A stretch of 64,000 nucleotides of DNA from the NCBI GenBank assembly GCA_032718475.1, contig JAUCBJ010005854.1:1-64000 (forward strand), given 5' to 3'. The DNA is from Nemertoderma westbladi. Taxonomy: Eukaryota > Animalia > Xenacoelomorpha. Positions 61,401-64,000 of this stretch are shown here, one piece after another (the stretch's first letter is position 1; the number at the start of each line of letters is the position of its first letter). The notes beneath the pieces were generated by a model that was not told where the DNA came from, did no database searches, and saw nothing but the letters and a program-made list of their open reading frames with translations. The position numbers and the translations under genes were made by a program.

Positions 61401-63021
61401 CAGCCAGATGCCTGTCGTTCTTTTTTGATAACTCTTCAATTATCCTTCTAAGTGCCAAAATGGGCTCCATGGTCCCACGACCTTTACGGAACCCATTCTG
61501 ATTTCCACGGAGCAGTCTCTCAATGGGATCCCTGATGCGATTTAATAGAATTCTATTGTATAGCTTTGCAGCAATCGAGATCAATGAGATTCCCCGAAAA
61601 GAACCATAGAGTGTTAGGTTGCCCTTCTTGGGAACTGGCACCAACTTATTTGTTTTCATTTCTTGTGGGACTCTTGTTGTTCGGTACATGTCTACTATGA
61701 TGGGATAGATGAGCTTTAAACACTCAGGTATTTTAAAGACCTCAGGGGGAACACCATCTACTCCACTGGCACGATTGGTCTTAATGCTCTTTGCAGCAGC
61801 CTTCACTTCTGCAAAGGCGATATCGCCAATGGGAATATCTGGGAGTACAGAGTCAGACACTTTTACTTCTATAAAGTTATCAGGCACTTGGGGTACAATG
61901 CTATTCCACTCTGCCATATAGACATAACGGTAGGGAATATCAGCGTGTGGGGTTATTGTTAAGACAATGGGCGCTTAAAAATAAATTTTAAATTATTAAA
62001 TTAAAAAAAATTAAATTTAATTGGAGTGCTATTAATTAATGGTTATAGTGTTTGAGGCCAACGACTTACTTCACCATTTATGCCTATGTCGCTATCACGC
62101 GCGTTCACTTCGATTAACCGGGTGCCTTGGGGTGCGTCCTCGCTTATCTCTATCGGTGCTGTCTGACACCTATCGAATATCGGTGGATGCATGTTCACTC
62201 TCAAAATATTCACGATGAGTTCTGTCGTGCTGGAAAATTCTCCATCACTTGCCTAAACAGAAAATATAAAATATAACATATTTTTCCATAAATAAAAAGT
62301 TACGTATAATATAATAGTGGCCGGATAAAAAGTAATTTTGTTGTCAAAGCAACATAACATGATAATGTTTAACATGAGCGTTCATAAAAACTTATGTACT
62401 TAAATGTACTATGTAGCTGTAGCATTGAGGCCTAAAAACATGGGACCTCCTATCCTATATAGGTATAATAGGTCCCATTTAAGAGAGCGAATTTAGATTA
62501 CCACGTAAGAAATTAGGTCCACAAATTATTCGTGTTTCATCATGGTTAATTTAGGTACAAATAGTATTTTGGGTAAGCTTTCATAGTATACAATACTAAA
62601 TATAATAGAAATAAACCATAAAAAATTTACAAATTACAAATTTAGTGTACAAAACACAGAATGGACCCCTGGCAAGGAACTCTAGTATGAATAGTCGAAC
62701 CTGTATAGTGAGAGAGTAGGAATCCTCGGAGAACTGATCTCCGTTTACGCTGGTCGTAATTTGTCCGTTCGATGAACCGATATTAAATAGGTTGCTGCTC
62801 CCCGCCGTTATCGAGTATCTGATGGTTGTCGTCCCGACGTTTTGGTCGCGATCGTACGCCGTCAACGTCCGGACCGGCGTCCCGGAACGGGCGCTCGAGT
62901 CGACGACAGCGCTGTACGAGGCGAGGTCGAACTTCGGGGGTTCGTCGTTGGCGTCCTCTACGGTTATCTCGACAGAGGCGGTCCCCGTTCGTCTGGGGTT
63001 GCCGTGATCAATAGCCAAAAC
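4260..63021 (-). CDS. Non-chordate-type (type III, N-cadherin-like) classical cadherin; 40 exons, partial at both ends
   Basis: Exons join with matching phases through GT-AG introns (one GC-AG). Repeated DxNDxxPxF, LDRE/LDYE and AxDxG motifs, then an NC domain (VDIFSV, VYFAAHGSPYY) and EGF-LamG-EGF-LamG-EGF-EGF, as in Drosophila N-cadherin-type proteins. Confidence 0.92.
4606..4780 (-). CDS. Cadherin exon 39 (LamG2 end / EGF)
   Basis: GCISDLRY...NVEAGCADMCVAGTCALTERC...HCR|gtaagc. Confidence 0.86.
5239..5384 (-). CDS. Cadherin exon 38 (LamG2)
   Basis: RHETID...KLLAGGGV...VDQNFK|gtacga. Confidence 0.82.
5844..6004 (-). CDS. Cadherin exon 37 (LamG2)
   Basis: IVNGYPGVRYDLGDG...VNDGLWHWLEVRRYGEEIHLKLDGGGG|gttggt. 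Confidence 0.88.
6125..6294 (-). CDS. Cadherin exon 36 (LamG2)
   Basis: PTTGYYFGDNSFINY...VKFKTLQ...EYMKIE|gtaagt. Confidence 0.85.
6517..6651 (-). CDS. Cadherin exon 35 (EGF)
   Basis: TNHLC...RCLHGVCEASFTQFYRCDCLPGFFGDNCDA|gtaagt. Confidence 0.9.
6986..7164 (-). CDS. Cadherin exon 34 (LamG1 end)
   Basis: RLNTLGPTMLGG...GFTGCIRRLKVDGNYIDL...GCK|gtgagt. Confidence 0.9.
7375..7756. mobile_element. Degenerate MITE
   Basis: Imperfect TIRs: tacaccatgcccaggaatat...gaccccctaatttt versus aaatttgggggtc...atattccaggacatggggtgta. Confidence 0.5.
8168..9500 (+). CDS. ZDHHC23: DHHC palmitoyltransferase ZDHHC23-like, nested antisense in cadherin intron 33, split over two frames (8168-8935 and +1 frame to 9500)
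   Basis: ORF1: PLCCCEYINLEGNRSHIVQCCCDCEALD (ZDHHC23-type N-terminus), TM segments, DPG. ORF2: WCRHCRQRAPPGASHCKMCAHCVHRLDHHCPWLDCCIGAGNHKQF. AATAAA at ~9673. Confidence 0.85.
9757..11910. repeat. 24-25 bp minisatellite (cccgccagtaagtgccgtaacaact)
   Basis: Tandem array with regional variants; explains the repetitive ORFs at 9744-11970. Confidence 0.97.
12037..12182 (-). CDS. Cadherin exon 33 (LamG1)
   Basis: NDDTILKLFATLTLDHC...QCRTVQRIVGVFK|gttagt. Confidence 0.8.
12424..12650 (-). CDS. Cadherin exon 32 (LamG1); alternative in-frame acceptor at 12632
   Basis: ...RDFVAFELVNAELKAFVNLG...SLDDGEWHHVEL...PGEA|gtatgt. Confidence 0.85.
12772..12989 (-). CDS. Cadherin exon 31 (EGF end / LamG1), GC donor
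   Basis: tttctag|RCVCPE...FGPNCE...ISFDFATNDADALLMYSGP...PN|gcaagt. Confidence 0.85.
12986..18310. repeat. ~28-39 bp satellite filling cadherin intron 30; unit related to the exon 31 acceptor
   Basis: Units such as cagcacctagaaatacagccacacagtacaa; the array starts at the exon 31 acceptor (gcacctagaaatatacagccacacagta). Confidence 0.97.
15539..15685 (-). mobile_element. 5'-truncated SINE/retroposon inserted in the satellite
   Basis: Flanked by direct repeat agtacagcata (15528-15538 and 15686-15696); (tttgc)n 3' tail; shares taaatgagtaccagtt with the SINE at ~35917. Confidence 0.8.
18389..18532 (-). CDS. Cadherin exon 30 (NC end / EGF)
   Basis: LVGIFTWFEAECRCAA...CSQGPFCKNGGTCEDTYDGYR|gtaatt. 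Confidence 0.88.
18846..18988 (-). CDS. Cadherin exon 29 (NC domain)
   Basis: VQNEVGLSIDTININKCVKEQTCKDKSCYN...VVDSGAKT|gttagt, phase 2. Confidence 0.85.
19300..19735. repeat. 16-bp minisatellite (ataaagtaagcgatct)
   Basis: Visible tandem array with degenerate left flank. Confidence 0.92.
20395..20430 (-). ncRNA. Possible minimal/degenerate type I hammerhead ribozyme core
   Basis: Minus strand tgcatgg-CTGATGA-gagc-GAAAC-gact-GTT-gcatgt; stem I has a mismatch next to the core and stem II is minimal. Confidence 0.35.
20794..20949 (-). CDS. Cadherin exon 28 (NC domain)
   Basis: DVQL...YVDVYFAAHGSPYYDSSVLNGKIYQNRVE|gtagga. Confidence 0.88.
21174..21298 (-). CDS. Cadherin exon 27 (NC domain)
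   Basis: GVTAADFI...SYYDRLRLLLSRYL...NVDIFSVQ|gttggt. Confidence 0.88.
21579..21740 (-). CDS. Cadherin exon 26
   Basis: GKIVIK...PGDYTFGVSVTD...DDAVYNAGTIRFS|gtgagt. Confidence 0.88.
21980..22105 (-). CDS. Cadherin exon 25
   Basis: AQTSIGGVFVEDLDDAKLSDFTY...YFRVLTT|gtttgt. Confidence 0.85.
22264..22386 (-). CDS. Exon 24: ShKT (ShK toxin) domain, symmetric phase 1-1 exon within the cadherin gene
   Basis: tttcgtttag|DCVDKDTKCAYWKQRGFCSAGNDDNRRSSCRRTCDICYAGV|gtgagt; C-x6-C-x8-C-x11-C-x3-C-x2-C with W and G at typical ShKT positions; 123 nt. Confidence 0.85.
   Translation of the reverse strand: MALTRIPNARTGSREDSVVLVTMTTEEVRVDEHATSVMRE
22803..26974. mobile_element. Foldback-type (probably MULE-related) non-autonomous transposon with tandem-repeat TIRs
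   Basis: 9-bp TSD ccgttgtac (22794-22802, 26975-26983); termini gggtcagagtaaaacgcggatccggatc / rc gggtaggtgtaaaacgcggatccggatc; inverted arms of 53-bp units (~22803-24800 and ~25570-26974). Confidence 0.88.
27170..27660. repeat. Degenerate AT-rich tandem repeat / possible TE end
   Basis: Repeated atgattaaccacaggtttaatactattaaactatgggttttt units. Confidence 0.5.
27740..27955 (-). CDS. Cadherin exon 23
   Basis: DGTATLNTRASLDRE...DKGSPSLTGTSTLTVKVGDTNDQKH...NIYKYRK|gttagt, phase 1. Confidence 0.9.
28231..28392 (-). CDS. Cadherin exon 22
   Basis: TSLVSAVDFDHPITNG...PFPFAL...KFSLKDNR|gttagc. Confidence 0.82.
28435..29535. mobile_element. Non-autonomous DNA transposon (MITE) with 4-bp TSD
   Basis: TIRs cggcagctccaaaccaaaacccagt / actgggttttggtgtggagctgccg; cggt at 28431-28434 and 29536-29539; many internal aaaacccagtaa motifs. 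Confidence 0.85.
29540..29755. repeat. 41-bp tandem repeat spanning the exon 21 donor (5 copies)
   Basis: ccatttaaacttactt(g/t)ggctcccaga units starting at 29550, 29591, 29632, 29673, 29714. Confidence 0.92.
29728..29856 (-). CDS. Cadherin exon 21
   Basis: GNPTQFGKSSFKVIIDDINDNYPTF...SGSP|gtaagt. Confidence 0.88.
30398..30582 (-). CDS. Cadherin exon 20 (alternative in-frame acceptor at 30576)
   Basis: NFRIAYDSD...RKRLDRE...LVILAIDTG|gtgagt. Confidence 0.85.
30815..30900 (-). CDS. Cadherin exon 19
   Basis: VVFENVAPGTVLGEVEARDIDEGGQQRI|gtaagt, phase 2. Confidence 0.88.
30951..31622. mobile_element. piggyBac-type MITE
   Basis: TTAA|cccttaaact ... agtttaaggg|TTAA; internal repeated tggtgaaaactcatatgag motifs. 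Confidence 0.85.
32030..32330 (+). mobile_element. Truncated left end of the foldback family seen at 22803
   Basis: gggtcagagtaaaacgcggatccggatcaggatccggattctatcatttaacattgtccctatgga is identical to 22803 onward. Confidence 0.85.
32990..33290 (+). pseudogene. Degenerate DNA transposase fragment (family uncertain, possibly Sola-like)
   Basis: SYMSADNLHRHV...VYDFQDFKCCIRKAAN*KSEIKTMSRDDFPDWKD...LRFEKGSK with an in-frame stop; resembles transposase C-termini from memory only. Confidence 0.45.
34053..34205 (-). CDS. Cadherin exon 18
   Basis: IRSFDLTMEVTD...IRVIDSNDEVPKF...SQ|gtaagt. Confidence 0.88.
34380..34680 (+). mobile_element. Helentron/HINE (DINE-1)-like element
   Basis: gcgagccacg start, gtccgtctgtctgtctgt microsatellite, ttttcaaccaaattttg; related starts at ~2050 and ~52681. 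Confidence 0.5.
34705..34835 (-). CDS. Cadherin exon 17
   Basis: GTNSDYFDV...GILRLKSSLQFDD...RNM|gtaagt. Confidence 0.85.
35047..35200 (-). CDS. Cadherin exon 16
   Basis: IDDINDKYPEFVQSSYNVEVPED...|gtatta, phase 1. Confidence 0.88.
35759..35945 (+). mobile_element. tRNA-derived SINE (5' part)
   Basis: A-box tggcgtgtagtggtt, B-box gagttcgatccc, downstream taaatgagtaccagtttacactgggg; no acceptor stem closing. Confidence 0.65.
36001..36156 (-). CDS. Cadherin exon 15
   Basis: IVDYSNLF...ELDRETVDRYIVTVVATDQANLSGTGTATIR|gtgagt. Confidence 0.9.
37302..37487 (-). CDS. Cadherin exon 14
   Basis: GNMAQINVVVKVDDIIDTAPVF...SAYDPE...LRYT|gtatga. Confidence 0.88.
38004..44150. repeat. 19-bp satellite (gttgtcaccctgtctgcag), ~6.1 kb, with higher-order blocks
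   Basis: Tandem array in intron 13; explains the long Cys/His/Pro ORFs at 37944-44252. Confidence 0.98.
44202..44370 (-). CDS. Cadherin exon 13
   Basis: PNDPICDIRYSI...PLDYESQKQWNFHVRAVDNGGR|gttcgt. Confidence 0.88.
44749..44975 (-). CDS. Cadherin exon 12
   Basis: YDLTVQSSDG...LENTNDQIPVF...VQANDPDC...|gtaagt, phase 2. Confidence 0.88.
45398..45649 (-). CDS. Cadherin exon 11
   Basis: tttag|VTVHISDINDHPPEF...KLDYEIRCR|gtaagt. Confidence 0.9.
45640..50820. repeat. 35-40 bp satellite made of the exon 11 acceptor plus its first 10 nt
   Basis: Unit ggacagtgacctaaacggaaaaagtgtccattctaatac; the leftmost copy overlaps the real junction (ggacagtgac|ctaaacggaaaaagt). Confidence 0.98.
50992..51138 (-). 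CDS. Cadherin exon 10
   Basis: DGPDGDGSYFSVDRTGVVKTARTFDRETKD...RAQ|gtgagt. Confidence 0.88.
51254..51400 (-). CDS. Cadherin exon 9
   Basis: VPLF...TIPENVPIGSHVVTVRAQDRDYGPNADFQYRIHQ; weak donor gttttc. Confidence 0.85.
51742..51945 (-). CDS. Cadherin exon 8
   Basis: TNFRLLPN...EVEVIIQDANNQ|gttagc. Confidence 0.82.
52120..52221 (-). CDS. Cadherin exon 7
   Basis: tttcag|VDKPIANICARPSEGDGTIKFSLLL...SLD|gtaagt. Confidence 0.8.
52404..52542 (-). CDS. Cadherin exon 6
   Basis: RVRASDNGSPPKS...QPPIF...ISETQD|gtaagt. Confidence 0.85.
52681..52860 (+). mobile_element. Helentron/HINE-like element 5' part, followed by other TE debris to ~54070
   Basis: ggcgagccacgaaagtaagcg...gtctgtctgtcggtcggtctgtatgtc. 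Confidence 0.45.
54205..54368 (-). CDS. Cadherin exon 5
   Basis: FVATDNDISTSNDIRFDI...GRTYTL|gtaaat, phase 2. Confidence 0.85.
54430..58815. repeat. 25-bp satellite (ccacactccaatgttagtacatcaa)
   Basis: Very homogeneous to ~58455, with longer degenerate units beyond. Confidence 0.98.
58870..58971 (-). CDS. Cadherin exon 4
   Basis: VDVLDVNDDAPNF...GSTIYN|gtaagt. Confidence 0.88.
59040..59835. repeat. 36-bp satellite containing a 22-bp perfect palindrome
   Basis: Unit gttagaagacacatgtccgctaactcaatatattga, about 21 copies; ctaactcaatatattgagttag is self-complementary. Confidence 0.97.
60047..60223 (-). CDS. Cadherin exon 3
   Basis: VKYSIL...GTLDRETKSFYTFTVLAQDKA...LQ|gtatgt. Confidence 0.9.
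60251..61885 (-). mobile_element. 5'-truncated RTE-like LINE retrotransposon, degenerate reverse transcriptase
   Basis: RT motifs PVPKKGNL..SFRGISL, QNGFRKGR, FVDFFKAFDSV, GVLQGDTLAPFLF, LDFADDL, FCYLGSWI; stop and frameshift; 11-bp TSD acttggggtac (60240-60250, 61886-61896); short tag-repeat tail. Confidence 0.92.
62070..62252 (-). CDS. Cadherin exon 2
   Basis: ASDGEFSSTTELIVNILRVNMHPPIF...NARDSDIGINGE|gtaagt. Confidence 0.88.
62701..63021 (-). CDS. Cadherin exon 1 (numbered within window), EC repeat
   Basis: tttcaag|VLAIDHGNPRRTGTASVEITVEDANDEPPKF...LTIQ|gttcga. Confidence 0.9.
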
Positions 63022-63249
63022 CTTGAAATAAACAATAAAATAAAATAATAACGTTAAAACTTATTATTATCTCGCTTTATTCCAAAAATTAATTCAAGGT
63101 AAAGCTAAAACTTTTGTCATTAAGTAATATTATATAGTATACCACTTCGCGTTTCTAAATTGCGTCACATTAATTCAAGGGCTAACACAACATGAAGGTA
63201 AGATTAGATTTAACCGCAATTGATAAAGTAATAATGATATAAAACTTCG

Positions 63250-63502
63250 AATACCTTGGATCATGGATATAGAGAGTAGCAAAAAATATGTAAAAATTAG
63301 TAAAGCAAAGTCTTGGGTATAGCTCTATCAAAAATGGATACCATCTGGAAATCAGATCTCTCCAGGCACCTGAAGACTAAGTTCTTTCGAGCCACAGTGG
63401 AAAGTGTATTTTTATACGGGGGTGAGACCTGGACACTGACTAAATCACTTGAACAACACCGAATTGATGGTTGATATACACAAGACTACTAAGGGCAGCC
63501 TT
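63250..63502 (+). pseudogene. Old RTE-like LINE RT C-terminal fragment
   Basis: Broken frames read KAKSWV...MDTIWKSD...LKTKFFRATVESVFLYGGETWTLTKSLE...YTRLLRAAL. Confidence 0.7.
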
Positions 63503-63608
63503 GATTTTTATGATAAAAAATATTATCAATTATCAATATTATCAAACTCATCAATATTATTTTATTAATTACCCGAACATAGAATGTCAATTTAAATCCT
63601 TTAAGTCC

Positions 63609-63941
63609 TTTATTACGACTCATAGTTGGTATGGTTGGTTATAGTTGTTAACATTTGCACTCCCACACAAACGTTTATTACGACTCATAGTTGGTATGGT
63701 TGGTTATAGTTGTTAACATTTGCACCCCCACACAAACGTTTATTACGACTCATAGTTGGTATGGTTGGTTATAGTTGTTAACATTTGCACTCCCACACAA
63801 ACGTTTATTACGACTCATAGTTGGTATGGTTGGTTATAGTTGTTAACATTTGCACCCCCACACAAACGTTTATTACGACTCATAGTTGGTATGGTTGGTT
63901 ATAGTTGTTAACATTTGCACCCCCACACTTAAACGTTTATT
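63609..63941. repeat. 65-bp tandem repeat, ~5 copies
   Basis: tttattacgactcatagttggtatggttggttatagttgttaacatttgcactcccacacaaacg; period 65 (63671, 63736, 63801). Confidence 0.93.
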
Positions 63942-64000
63942 AAATCTATTATTATGACCAGACCAGCGAAATGAACTTGAAAATTAGAGTAAAAAATATA

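Overview
Animal (invertebrate-type) genomic DNA. A large multi-exon non-chordate-type (type III, N-cadherin-like) classical cadherin runs across almost the whole window on the minus strand. I assembled 40 phase-compatible exons (63021 to 4260) encoding cadherin repeats, the NC/PCCD region and EGF-LamG-EGF-LamG-EGF-EGF; the 5' end and the TM/cytoplasmic exons were not found in the window. A symmetric phase-1 exon encoding a six-Cys ShKT (ShK toxin) domain is inserted inside a membrane-proximal cadherin repeat. Three genes with intronless coding regions lie inside or probably inside its introns: ZDHHC23-like (+, split by a +1 frameshift, ORF1 ending in the antizyme-type TCC-TGA), RWDD4 (-) and an SLC44/CTL transporter with a mucin-like insertion (+). 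Introns are inflated by satellites, several built from the gene's own splice signals (3' acceptors, a 5' donor, TACTAAC). They also hold a 4.2-kb foldback element with a 9-bp TSD, MITEs, SINE pieces and an RTE-like LINE. All calls were made by eye; no database searches were run and copy numbers are length/period estimates.
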